From positions 143,427 through 207,426 of the forward strand of contig JADJWH010000007.1 in the NCBI GenBank assembly GCA_016716465.1: a stretch of DNA of 64,000 nucleotides. Reading direction: 5' to 3'. Origin of the DNA: Gammaproteobacteria bacterium. Its GTDB lineage: Bacteria; Pseudomonadota; Gammaproteobacteria; SZUA-140. A model generated the notes under the pieces. It was given only the letters and a program-made list of their open reading frames with translations. It was not told the DNA's origin and did no database searches. Shown here piece after piece: positions 9,833-19,800 of this stretch; the stretch's first letter is position 1, and every line of letters begins with the position of its first letter. The position numbers and the translations under genes were made by a program.

Positions 9833-11074
9833 ATGTCTAGCGCAAACTTGTCGTGCCGCTTCTGTGGAGCAGGCCTGCGGCGCACATTCGCCGATCTCGG
9901 CATGTCGCCGGTGGCGAATTCCTATGTCAAACCCGACGCGTTGCATTGCATGGAGCCGTTCTATCCCCTTCATGCCTATGTGTGCGAGTCATGTTTTCTG
10001 GTTCAGCTCGAGGAATTCCAGAGCCCGTCGGAGATCTTCGGCGACTATGCCTATTTTTCCTCCTATTCAGAGAGCTGGCTGAAGCACGCCAGGGATTACT
10101 CGCTGGAGACCATGAAGCGCTTTGGTATTGATGCGAAATGGCAGGTGGTGGAAATCGCGAGCAATGACGGTTACCTGTTGAGGAATTTCAAGGAGGCCGG
10201 CGTCCCGGTGCTGGGTATAGAGCCGGCGGAGAACGTGGCCATGGTCGCGCAGCAGGCGGGCATACCCGCGGTCGTGAAATTCTTTGGCACCCGGACCGCA
10301 TCCGAGCTTGTCGATCAGGGTACCCGCGCGGATCTTCTGATCGGCAACAATGTATTGGCGCACGTCCCTGATCTGAACGATTTCGTCGGCGGGCTCAAGA
10401 TCCTGCTCAGTCCGCGCGGTGTCATCACGATGGAATTCCCGCATCTGCTTCGGCTGATGAAGGAGAATCAGTTCGATACCATTTACCATGAGCATTTTTC
10501 CTATTTCTCTTTCATTACGGTCGAGAAGGTCTTTGCCAAACATGGCCTGACCATTTTTGATGTCAAGGAACTGCCGACTCACGGAGGTTCGCTCAGGATC
10601 TATGCGTGCCATGATGCCGGTTCCGGGCATTTAGTGGGGGAGAGCGTAACTAAACTCAGGGCCGAAGAATTGCGCCAGGGATTTGACCAGCCTGGCACTT
10701 ACAGCAGCTTCAGCGAGCAGGTCAAGGAAACCAAGCGGAAACTTCTGGAATTTTTGATCGAGGCCAAGCGTGACGGTAAATCGGTCGTCGGTTATGGCGC
10801 CCCTGCCAAGGGGAACACGCTGTTGAATTATTGCGGGATCCGTTCCGATTTCATCGATTATACGGTTGACCTCAGCCCGCACAAGCAGGGGCTTTATCTG
10901 CCGGGAACACGCGTGCCGATTCACGCGCCTGACAAGATCAGGGAGACCCGCCCCGACTATGTCCTGATTCTGCCCTGGAATCTGAAGGACGAGATCATGA
11001 AGCAGATGCAGCACATACGCGAGTGGGGTGGAAAATTCGTCGTGCCGATTCCGGAGGTGAAGGTTTATCCATGA
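9833..11074 (+). CDS. SAM-dependent sugar C-methyltransferase family protein (N-terminal Cys4 zinc ribbon + class I methyltransferase + C-terminal C-MT domain)
   Basis: CRFCG..(x28)..CESC zinc ribbon. Methyltransferase motif I VVEIASNDGYLL. C-terminal domain typical of TylC3/NovU-type nucleotide-sugar C-methyltransferases. Confidence 0.7.
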   Translation: MSSANLSCRFCGAGLRRTFADLGMSPVANSYVKPDALHCMEPFYPLHAYVCESCFLVQLEEFQSPSEIFGDYAYFSSYSESWLKHARDYSLETMKRFGIDAKWQVVEIASNDGYLLRNFKEAGVPVLGIEPAENVAMVAQQAGIPAVVKFFGTRTASELVDQGTRADLLIGNNVLAHVPDLNDFVGGLKILLSPRGVITMEFPHLLRLMKENQFDTIYHEHFSYFSFITVEKVFAKHGLTIFDVKELPTHGGSLRIYACHDAGSGHLVGESVTKLRAEELRQGFDQPGTYSSFSEQVKETKRKLLEFLIEAKRDGKSVVGYGAPAKGNTLLNYCGIRSDFIDYTVDLSPHKQGLYLPGTRVPIHAPDKIRETRPDYVLILPWNLKDEIMKQMQHIREWGGKFVVPIPEVKVYP

Positions 11075-11616
11075 TATTCCGTGAGACGGAACTCGCTGGC
11101 GCCTTCATCATCGAGCCGGAGAAGATCGAGGATGACAGAGGATTTTTTGCGCGTAGCTGGTGCCGCAGGGAGTTTGGAGAGCATGGTCTAGAGACCGGCC
11201 TTGAGCAATGCAATATATCGTTCAACAAGATGAAGGGTACTCTTCGGGGGATGCATTATCAGATAGCCCCCCATGAAGAGGTGAAACTGGTCAGATGTAC
11301 ACGCGGGTCGATTTTCGATGTGATAATCGATCTGCGGCCTTCGTCCTCTACCTATGGGCGCCATTTCGGGCTTGTGCTTTCGGAGGATGAGAGAAACATG
11401 CTGTATATACCGGGTGGATTCGCGCACGGTTTTCAGACGCTGGTGGATTCGACGGAAGTGTTTTATCAGATGACCGAGTCATACCATCCGGAATCGGCGC
11501 GCGGCGTGCGATGGGATGATGCGGGATTTGATATCGAATGGCCACCTGCGGCGCCACGGTTGATTTCCGAGCGCGACAGAACCTGGCCTGACTTTACAGG
11601 TCATTCAGGGCGTTGA
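11071..11616 (+). CDS. Cupin-fold sugar nucleotide 3,5-epimerase (RmlC family)
   Basis: Motifs DDRGFF, RGMHYQ, KLVRC..G.IFDV.IDLR, YIP.GFAHGF. The ATGA start/stop overlap with the upstream gene suggests translational coupling. Confidence 0.8.
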   Translation: MIFRETELAGAFIIEPEKIEDDRGFFARSWCRREFGEHGLETGLEQCNISFNKMKGTLRGMHYQIAPHEEVKLVRCTRGSIFDVIIDLRPSSSTYGRHFGLVLSEDERNMLYIPGGFAHGFQTLVDSTEVFYQMTESYHPESARGVRWDDAGFDIEWPPAAPRLISERDRTWPDFTGHSGR

Positions 11617-11639
11617 TACAAAGCGAGAGTTCTATCACG

Positions 11640-12479
11640 ATGGCTAAGGAACAATCCGATAATATTCCCGTTCTGATCATCAAGCCGGACAGCGGCTGGA
11701 AGATGATCGACCTCGGCGAGATCATCAGGTACCGCGACCTGGCGTATAACCTGGTGTGGCGCGATATCACGGTTCAGCATGCCCAGACCGTCCTCGGGTT
11801 CATTTGGGCGATCATAACGCCGCTGGTCCAGATACTTATCTTCTCGATAATCTTCGGCAAGGTGGCCAAGATCAGCACGGACGGGATACCGTATACGCTG
11901 TTTACGACCGTTGCGATCATCCCGTGGACATATATGTCCACGGTCATGCTTCAGTCCAGTCAAAGCCTGATTTCGAACCATAACATGCTGGGTAAGATTT
12001 ACTTCCCGCGTCTGCTCTATCCGTTAACACCGGTCATTTCGAAAATGTTGAATTTCGGGATATCGCTGTTGCTACTGTTGGCGATCATGGTGTACTACAA
12101 GGTCGCGCCCACCTGGCAGTTGCTCTATTTGCCCCTATTCATCCTGATGATGATGATGGTTCCGGCGGGTATCGGCATGTGGATGTCCGCGATGGCGATA
12201 CGTTACCGCGACATAAAATTCATCATGCACTATGTTGTCCAGATGCTCATGTACAGCGCTCCGATCGTATATTCGGCGGCATCGATCCCGGAGAATTACC
12301 GGTTTGTATATTCATTGAATCCCATTGTGGGAGTGATCGAGGGGTATAGAGCCTGTCTCCTCGGCGCCGATATGCCCTGGCAATTCATACTGCCCGGCAT
12401 GTTCACGGCCGTTCTACTGTTCGTTGGGGGCGCCTTTTACTTCAAGCGTATCGAGCGGATATTTGTCGATGTTATGTAA
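11640..12479 (+). CDS. wzm: ABC-2 type polysaccharide export permease
   Basis: Six predicted TM helices, about 280 aa, ABC-2 signature region, directly upstream of the ATPase. Confidence 0.8.
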   Translation: MAKEQSDNIPVLIIKPDSGWKMIDLGEIIRYRDLAYNLVWRDITVQHAQTVLGFIWAIITPLVQILIFSIIFGKVAKISTDGIPYTLFTTVAIIPWTYMSTVMLQSSQSLISNHNMLGKIYFPRLLYPLTPVISKMLNFGISLLLLLAIMVYYKVAPTWQLLYLPLFILMMMMVPAGIGMWMSAMAIRYRDIKFIMHYVVQMLMYSAPIVYSAASIPENYRFVYSLNPIVGVIEGYRACLLGADMPWQFILPGMFTAVLLFVGGAFYFKRIERIFVDVM

Positions 12480-12509
12480 TGTATTCCGCTGCAGCAGAGT
12501 TGACACATC

Positions 12510-13871
12510 ATGCCTATGAACTCAGAAGAGATCGCTATCAGGGTCGAGAAAGTCGCCAAGCGGTTCCGTCTTGGCCTGGAAGACGCCATGCACGATACCT
12601 TCGGGGCGGCCATGCTCGATTTCATCAAAAGCCCCCTCAAGAACTATCGATACTATCGTTCGCTTCATAAATTCGACGACTCCGCCGGCCCGGACGATCC
12701 GTCGAGCGAGCCGTCGGATATCCTGTGGGCGCTCAGAAGCGTTTCATTCGAGGTCAAACGCGGGGAGGTCCTGGGGATAATCGGCACCAACGGCGCTGGC
12801 AAATCCACCCTGCTCAAAATCCTGTCGCGAATCACCCCGCCCACACGCGGCTCGATCGAAATCAGAGGCCGGGTATCCAGCCTGCTCGAGGTCGGCACCG
12901 GTTTCCATAATGAGCTGACGGGCAGGGAAAATATCTATCTCAATGGCACCGTTCTGGGGATGAGAAAGAAGGAAATTGACCGGAAATTCGATGAAATCGT
13001 CGAGTTCTCCGGCGTCGAGCGTTTCCTTGATACTCCGGTGAAGCGCTATTCCAGCGGCATGCGCGTCCGCCTGGCTTTTTCGGTGGCAGCCCATCTGGAG
13101 CCCGAGATCCTGATCATTGATGAGGTGCTGGCGGTGGGTGACGCGGCATTTCAGAAGAAATGCATGAACAAGATGCAGGATGTCGGCGAAGGCGGCCGCA
13201 CGGTTCTCTTCGTCTCCCACAGCATGCCCGCGATCACCCGATTGTGCCATCGAGCGATACTGCTGAATCAGGGTACCGTGCTGAAGGATGGTTTGACGCA
13301 TGACGTGGTGAGCGCCTATCTGGGATCTGGCCAGGGATCGCCATCACACAAACAATGGGACGATCCGGGCACGGCACCCGCAGGTAAAGTGGCGCGGTTG
13401 CTTGCCGTGCGAGCCCTGGATGCCGACCGCAAAATATCGAGCGCGATGAAGATTACTCAGCCGATCGCGATCGAGATTGAATTTGAGGTGATCGAGCCGG
13501 GATATATCCTGATGCCACATTTTCATGTCTTCAATGACGAAGGCGTGCGCCTGTTCGCGGCCTTGGACCAGGATCCGCAGTGGCGCGGAAAACAGCGCCC
13601 GAAAGGCCGCTATATTTGCCGTGGCTGGATTCCGGCGAACCTGCTGTCTGAGGGCTTGCTGTATGTGTCTCCCGCGCTAACGACACTGCAACCGGATATA
13701 CCGCAATTCATTGCCCGGGACGCCATCTCGTTCCAGGTAATGGACAGCCGGCATGAAGGCGCGGAGTCGGCGCGAGGGGACTATGCGAGGAATATCAAAG
13801 GGGTCATCAGACCGATGTTGAGCTGGGAGTCCGAAATCGTGGAGATACCAGGGCGGCGCTCAACCGCTTGA
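12510..13871 (+). CDS. wzt: ABC transporter ATP-binding protein with C-terminal polysaccharide-terminus-binding domain
   Basis: Walker A GTNGAGKST, signature YSSGMRVRL, Walker B ILIIDEV. About 190-aa C-terminal extension consistent with the Wzt_C beta-sandwich. Confidence 0.85.
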   Translation: MPMNSEEIAIRVEKVAKRFRLGLEDAMHDTFGAAMLDFIKSPLKNYRYYRSLHKFDDSAGPDDPSSEPSDILWALRSVSFEVKRGEVLGIIGTNGAGKSTLLKILSRITPPTRGSIEIRGRVSSLLEVGTGFHNELTGRENIYLNGTVLGMRKKEIDRKFDEIVEFSGVERFLDTPVKRYSSGMRVRLAFSVAAHLEPEILIIDEVLAVGDAAFQKKCMNKMQDVGEGGRTVLFVSHSMPAITRLCHRAILLNQGTVLKDGLTHDVVSAYLGSGQGSPSHKQWDDPGTAPAGKVARLLAVRALDADRKISSAMKITQPIAIEIEFEVIEPGYILMPHFHVFNDEGVRLFAALDQDPQWRGKQRPKGRYICRGWIPANLLSEGLLYVSPALTTLQPDIPQFIARDAISFQVMDSRHEGAESARGDYARNIKGVIRPMLSWESEIVEIPGRRSTA

Positions 13872-13928
13872 GTGTGCCGGCCGCGGGGCCGCGCTGCCGG
13901 CAGAATCGGCAATGCAGGATCGAATGAT

Positions 13929-15233
13929 ATGGACGATATGGACTTCTCTGCCAATGTGCCCTCCGTGGGCGATGACATGTACGGACTTGTCCGGCAATTG
14001 TTCCCGATTTGTCGCAGCATCACCGGTGACGGCGTGCGGGAGACACTCGCTCTCCTGAGAGAGCGGCTTTCGATCGAGATCCACGAAGTCGAAACCGGGA
14101 CGCAGGTATTCGACTGGACGATTCCGAAGGAATGGAACATCCGCGATGCCTACATCATGGATTCCCGCGGCCGGAAGGTGATCGACTTCCGGGACAACAA
14201 TCTGCATGTGTTGAATTACAGTACGCCGATACGTGCGCGGGTATCGAATGAGGAATTGAAGAAACACCTGTACACCCTTCCCGACCGGCCGGACTGGATT
14301 CCCTACCGCACCTCGTATTACAGCGAAAACTGGGGGTTTTGCGTCAGCCATAATCAATTCCTGAGCCTGACGGAACCGGAATACGAGGTTGTGATCGATT
14401 CCGATCTGAAGGCCGGTCATATGACCTATGGCGAGTACTACAAGCCGGGAGAGTCCACGGAGGAGGTACTGTTCTCCTGCCATGTGTGCCATCCCTCGCT
14501 CTGTAACGACAATCTTTCCGGGATAGCTCTCGCCGCGCAACTTGCACGCTGGCTGTCCGGTAGAACTACGAGATACTCCTACCGATTTCTCTTTATCCCC
14601 GGTACGATAGGGTCGATTGCCTGGCTGAGCCTGAACGAAGCCATGGTCGGGCGCATCAAGCACGGACTGGTGGTGGTCTGCGTCGGCGACGACGGTGACT
14701 TCACGTATAAGAAAAGCCGCCAGGCGGATAGCGAGATCGATCGAATCGTTTTGAATATACTGAAAAATTCGGGTAAGCCCTACAAGGTGATTGATTTCTA
14801 TCCCTATGGATATGACGAGCGTCAGTACTGTTCGCCCGGGTTCAATCTCGCCGTCGGCAGTCTGTCCAGAACGACCCATGGCGAATACCCTGAATACCAT
14901 ACCTCGGCGGATAATCTGTCATTTGTCAAACCAGTCAATCTGGCCGATTCCTTTGACAAGTATTGCCAGATCGTCGATGCGCTGGAAAACAATTACACCT
15001 ACCGCAATCTCAGTCCGAAATGTGAGCCCCAACTCGGGAAGAGAGGTCTATACGGCGGTATCGGGGCGGAGGACAAAAAGCCCGTGAAGACCATGACCCT
15101 CTTATGGGTCCTCAACCTGTCTGACGGCAAACACAGTCTGCTGGATATCTCGGAACGATCCGGCGTGCCGTTCGATGAGGTCGCCGCCGCTGCCGCTGCG
15201 CTGGCGGGTGCTGGGCTGTTGGCCAAGGTATGA
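13929..15233 (+). CDS. DUF4910 / M28-aminopeptidase-like domain protein associated with polysaccharide loci
   Basis: M28-like metal-ligand motifs (CHVCHPS, YHTSADN). Architecture recalls the DUF2172/DUF4910 proteins found beside wzm/wzt. In-frame GTG 13872 is an alternative start. Confidence 0.45.
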   Translation: MDDMDFSANVPSVGDDMYGLVRQLFPICRSITGDGVRETLALLRERLSIEIHEVETGTQVFDWTIPKEWNIRDAYIMDSRGRKVIDFRDNNLHVLNYSTPIRARVSNEELKKHLYTLPDRPDWIPYRTSYYSENWGFCVSHNQFLSLTEPEYEVVIDSDLKAGHMTYGEYYKPGESTEEVLFSCHVCHPSLCNDNLSGIALAAQLARWLSGRTTRYSYRFLFIPGTIGSIAWLSLNEAMVGRIKHGLVVVCVGDDGDFTYKKSRQADSEIDRIVLNILKNSGKPYKVIDFYPYGYDERQYCSPGFNLAVGSLSRTTHGEYPEYHTSADNLSFVKPVNLADSFDKYCQIVDALENNYTYRNLSPKCEPQLGKRGLYGGIGAEDKKPVKTMTLLWVLNLSDGKHSLLDISERSGVPFDEVAAAAAALAGAGLLAKV

Positions 15234-15967
15234 TGGGCCCGCTTTCGGGAAAGACCGCGGTCATCACCGGTGCCACCGGCGGCATCGGCAGGAGTGTTGC
15301 GCTGGCGCTGGCTCGGGAAGGCGTCAATCTGTGCCTGCTCGGTCGCGAGCGGGCTCGATGTGAGGGTCTCCTCGCGCAAGTGGCGACCGGGCATCCTGGG
15401 CTGCGTACCGCCTTTCAGGCGGTGGATCTTGCGGACGTTACCGGTGTGCGGCGTGCCTGCGAGAGCCTTCTGCGCGATCAGCCTGCTATCGATCTGTTGG
15501 TCCACTGCGCCGGCCTGATCGTTCCGGCCGAGTATGCGAGCGCGAAGACTGAGGATTTCGATGCGCAGTATTTCATCAACGTTCGGGCGCCATTCCTGCT
15601 GACCCAGGGGCTGCTCTCCGCGATCCGTGCCCGGAAGGGGCAGGTGGTATTCGTGAACTCAAGTGCGGCCCAGCAGAAGGCGAGGGGCGGTATGGCAGCC
15701 TACGCCGCCAGTAAATATGCCTTGACGGCGCTGGCCGACAGCCTGCGGGATGAGGTCAATGCGGATGGGGTGCGGGTCATCAGCGTCTACCCCGGCCGTA
15801 CCGCGACGGCCATGCAGGAGCAACTCCATGAGCGGGAGGGCAAGCCTTACCGGTCGAATGTTCTGCTGCAACCGGACGATGTCGCGGAGGCGATTCTTCA
15901 CGCCCTTATGGCCCCCCTCACCGCCGAGATCACCGATATCTCGATTCGCCCCTTTCAGAAGGGTTGA
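15230..15967 (+). CDS. Classical short-chain dehydrogenase/reductase
   Basis: TGATGGIG cofactor motif. NSSAA...YAASK catalytic tetrad region. ATGA overlap with the upstream gene. Confidence 0.8.
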   Translation: MMGPLSGKTAVITGATGGIGRSVALALAREGVNLCLLGRERARCEGLLAQVATGHPGLRTAFQAVDLADVTGVRRACESLLRDQPAIDLLVHCAGLIVPAEYASAKTEDFDAQYFINVRAPFLLTQGLLSAIRARKGQVVFVNSSAAQQKARGGMAAYAASKYALTALADSLRDEVNADGVRVISVYPGRTATAMQEQLHEREGKPYRSNVLLQPDDVAEAILHALMAPLTAEITDISIRPFQKG

Positions 15968-16060
15968 ATGGCGCGATGGATGGAGTGGCCGCATCCTCTC
16001 TTGGCGCGTCCGGATCCGGCGCCGGTGTGACAGGGGGCCAGGTACCGGCGGAGGTGCGGC

Positions 16061-16870
16061 GTGAAGCCCAGTAATCTGCTCGGGATTCTCGGCCATGCCG
16101 CGCCGGATTTTTTCATCATCGGGGTCCAGAAAGGCGGCACCACTTCGCTCTACAATTATCTCGCCCGTCATCCAGCGGTGCTTCCGGCGGTGGAAAAGGA
16201 GATTCACTATTTCAGTGAAAATTTCTATAGAGGCGAAGCGTGGTACAGCAAGCGCTTTCCGACCCGATACCACAAGCTGCGCCGCATGCTGGAGTTGCAT
16301 ACGCGTATCCTGACCGGAGAGGCAACCCCGTATTACATCTTCCATCCCCATGCCGCCCGACGGATCAGGGCGCGTCATCCACGCGCCAGGATCATCCTCA
16401 TGCTGCGCAATCCCGTCGATCGCGCCTATTCGCACTATCGTTATCACGTCAAGCTGGGTGTCGAGTCGCTGAGTTTCGAGGAGGCGATAGCCGCGGAGCC
16501 ACAGCGGCTGGCCGGGGAAATGGAGCGGATGATGGCCGATGAGTACTACTCCAGCGAAGCGTGCAAACTGTTTTCTTACCTGAGGCGCGGGATCTATGTC
16601 GACCAGATCCGGCGCTGGCGCGAATATTTTCCTCGCGAGCAGATGCTGGTCCTGAAAAGCGAGGATTTTTTTGCCAACCCGGCGGAGTCTTATCTGCAGG
16701 TCACCCGGTTTCTGGGCCTGGAGCACCATGATCTTAGCGCTTATGACACGTTCAATGCGGGCGCTGAATCGGCCCTGCGGTCTGACACACGGCAGGGGCT
16801 CGTGGAATATTTCCGGGCGAGTAACGAGCAGCTCTACGACTATCTGGGAGTCGATTTCGGCTGGAATTGA
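16061..16870 (+). CDS. Sulfotransferase (Sulfotransfer_1, heparan-sulfate-sulfotransferase-like PAPS-binding motifs)
   Basis: 5'-PSB loop IIGVQKGGTTSL, very similar to the animal HS sulfotransferase motif IIGV(R/K)KGGTRAL. 3'-PB motif RNPVDRAYSHY. GTG start. Confidence 0.8.
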   Translation: MKPSNLLGILGHAAPDFFIIGVQKGGTTSLYNYLARHPAVLPAVEKEIHYFSENFYRGEAWYSKRFPTRYHKLRRMLELHTRILTGEATPYYIFHPHAARRIRARHPRARIILMLRNPVDRAYSHYRYHVKLGVESLSFEEAIAAEPQRLAGEMERMMADEYYSSEACKLFSYLRRGIYVDQIRRWREYFPREQMLVLKSEDFFANPAESYLQVTRFLGLEHHDLSAYDTFNAGAESALRSDTRQGLVEYFRASNEQLYDYLGVDFGWN

Positions 16871-16893
16871 TGCTATAAATTTGCTCCGTATGG

Positions 16894-19800
16894 TTGGTGC
16901 CATTGATTGGCGGATATAGCTCAGTAAGCATGAATTTTCTCCCGCTCGTCGCCCGAGGTTTCAGCCAGGCCGTCCTGCTGGCCGCCCTCACGCTGTTACC
17001 GTTGACGATCCCCCCCGCGGCGGCGGCCGCGAATGCGCGTGCCGATTTCAACGGCGACGGGCGCACTGACCTGGCGATCGGTGTTCCGGGCGAGGATGTC
17101 GGGAGCATCATCGATGCCGGCGCCGTACGGATCGTTTATGGAAGCGGCAGTGGGGCGCCGGCGGCGGGTACAGAACAGATCTGGCATCTGGACAGCGTCG
17201 GTATACCGGGTACGGCGCAGTCGGGCGATCATTTCGGTGCGGCCATCGCCAGCGGGGATTTCAACCGGGACGGTTATACCGACCTCGCGGTGGGTATGCC
17301 GAACAAGAACGGCAATCGAGGCCAGATGCTGGTCATGTACGGCAGCGGCGCGGGTCTCAGCGCGGCCGGCAGCCAGATCTGGGATCAGGGGGTGCTCGCC
17401 GATGACCCGGAAACAGACGACCGCTTTGCATCCGCGCTCGTGGCGGGGGACTTCAACCGGGACGGATACGACGACCTCGCCGTCGGGGTTCCCGGGGAGG
17501 ATTATCCCGGCATCGGGCCACCTGAAGCCAACCCGCCGACTCCCAATTGCGATCCCTGCGTCAATGCCGGTGTGGTCAATGTGGTTTACGGCGGCCCCAG
17601 CGGCCTGACGGCCACGCGGAACGAGCTTTGGCACCAGGATCGCGGCGTTTCCTACGACGGCTGGGTTGAGCCACAGGACTGCTTCGGTGCAAGCCTGGCT
17701 TCCGCGGATTTCAATGGCGACGGCATAGATGATCTTGCCGTTGGCGTGCCGTGCGAGAACACCGGCGGCGCGGACGTGCCATTTCCGAACAACGGCGCGG
17801 TGAGCGTGTACTACGGTTCGACCGGCGGTCTGACGGGTGTCGGAGCGCAATACCTGCGGCAGTGGGCGGAAGACGTCGTCGATTATCCCCAGGCCAATGA
17901 TGCCTTCGGTTATGCCCTCGCGGCGGGAGATTTCGATGGTGACGGCCGCGCCGATCTGGCGATAGGCGTGCCGGGCGAGGATAGCGGCGGTATCAGCGAT
18001 GCCGGTGGCGTGGCGGTCTTTTACGGGGCTGCCGGCGGCCTGATCAGAAACGAGCTGTGGGGGACACACAGTCCGGATGTCATCGGCGACCCGGTCGCCA
18101 ATGCGCACTGGGGTTATGCGCTCGCCGCGGGAGATTTCAACCATGACGGGCGAGCTGATCTTGCGATCGGGGCACCCGGTGATAGCGTTTCGGCCATTAT
18201 CGAGGCCGGGTCCGTAAGCATACTTTACGGTGCCCCCACCGGACTGAGCGGCCAGTCCAGCCAACTGTTCACCCAGGATACCCCCGGCGTAGACGAGGTT
18301 GCCGAGCAGGTTGACTGGTTTGGACATACGCTCGCCGCTACCGATCTCGACGGCGATGGCGCTCAGGACCTCGTCATAGGCGTGCCATTCGAAGACTACG
18401 GATTCACCGTGGATGCGGGGGCCGTTCATCTCCTCTATGGCTCGGCAGGTACGGGGATTTCAGCAACCGGGAGCCGATTACTCGGTCAGGATGGACCAGG
18501 CAGCCAGGACATCAGCGAGGCAGGGGATCAATTCGGTGGTCGTCTGGTTCCGCGCCTCAACGGCGCGGCGCCCTGGCCGGATGAACCGACGAACTACATG
18601 ATGACGGCGCCGACCGCGGTGAATCTCACCGCGGAGGGTTCGGCGGACTGGGTTCATTGGGGCCGCGCCAGCGTAACAGCGCCGGATCGAAAATCCGGTG
18701 TTGCCCCCCAGATTGGCAACCTGTTTCCTCTGGGCGGGGCGAGTCCCGCGATCACGAACCAGACGAGCTCTGCCTATGCCTGGAGCGACGGCGCGCCACT
18801 CGCGACCCATTCCGGCACCAAATCCGGCGTTCGGGTGTTCAGCGCCGGCAATGGCTTCCAGTTCAGTGTGCCTGCAGATACGGGCTTCCGGACCCTCAAG
18901 GTCTATGTGGGAGCGAATGCCGCAAGAGGCCAATTTACCGCCAGTCTGAGTGATGGCAGTGCTCCGGCGTACACCACCGCGGTCGATCGCCGCAGTGGAC
19001 GCACCAGTCAGGTCATCACACTCAACTACCGCGCGGCATCGCCCGGCCAGACCCTGACCGTCAGCTACGTTTTGAACACGCTCTACCAGGCCAATCTCCA
19101 AAGCTGGATAACCCTCGAGTCGGCGGCACTGCGTGTTGCCGGGGATGATCGCCCGCCGATGCTTGAGCCGATCGGAAATCGAACCTTGCAGGAAGGCGAA
19201 CTGCTGAGTCTGGCCGTGGTCGCAGTGGATTCCGATGGTCCGGCCCCGCTGAGCCTGAGCCAGACCAATACGCTGCCCGGCAGCCCGAACATCCTGACCG
19301 ACAATGGCAACGGCAGCGGCACGCTGAACTGGACGCCGGCCGCGGGCTCCGCGGCCGGCAGCCCCTATTCGGTCACCGTCACGGCCACCGACGGCGCCGG
19401 GACCTCCTCGAGCACCAGCTTCACCGTGACCGTTCTCCCGGTCAGCTCGCACACGCCTTACGGCGGGAGCGCGTGGCCGATCCCGGGGATCATCGAGGCG
19501 GAGAACTACGACCTGGGCGGCTCAGGCGTGGGCTATTTCGACACCACGGCGGGCAACGCCGGCAATCTCTACCGCAGCGACGGCGTCGACATCTGGGTCG
19601 CCTCCGACGTGGATGGCGCCTACATGGTGGGCCAGACCAGCGCCGGCGAGTGGCTGGACTACACAGTCAACGTGGCAGCCGCCGGCAGCTACACGCTCAA
19701 TCTGCGGGTGGCGACGGCGGTGAACAACAAACGGCTGCGTATCCTGATGAACGGCGCCGACATCACCGGCTCGATCGCGGTGCCCAATACCGGCGGCTGG

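Noticed and set aside
15659-16903. 414-aa minus-strand ORF overlapping the SDR and sulfotransferase genes
   Set aside because: It is antisense to two well-supported plus-strand genes, Arg/Pro-rich and low complexity as is typical of a high-GC artefact, with no motifs.
16996-18429. 477-aa and 324-aa minus-strand ORFs (16996-18429, 18478-19452) and the 164/147-aa plus ORFs (19473-19967, 20247-20690) inside the FG-GAP/CBM6 gene
   Set aside because: They are alternative-frame or antisense ORFs within a coding region with clear FG-GAP and CBM6 motifs in the annotated frame. Their identical N-termini simply reflect the tandem duplication.
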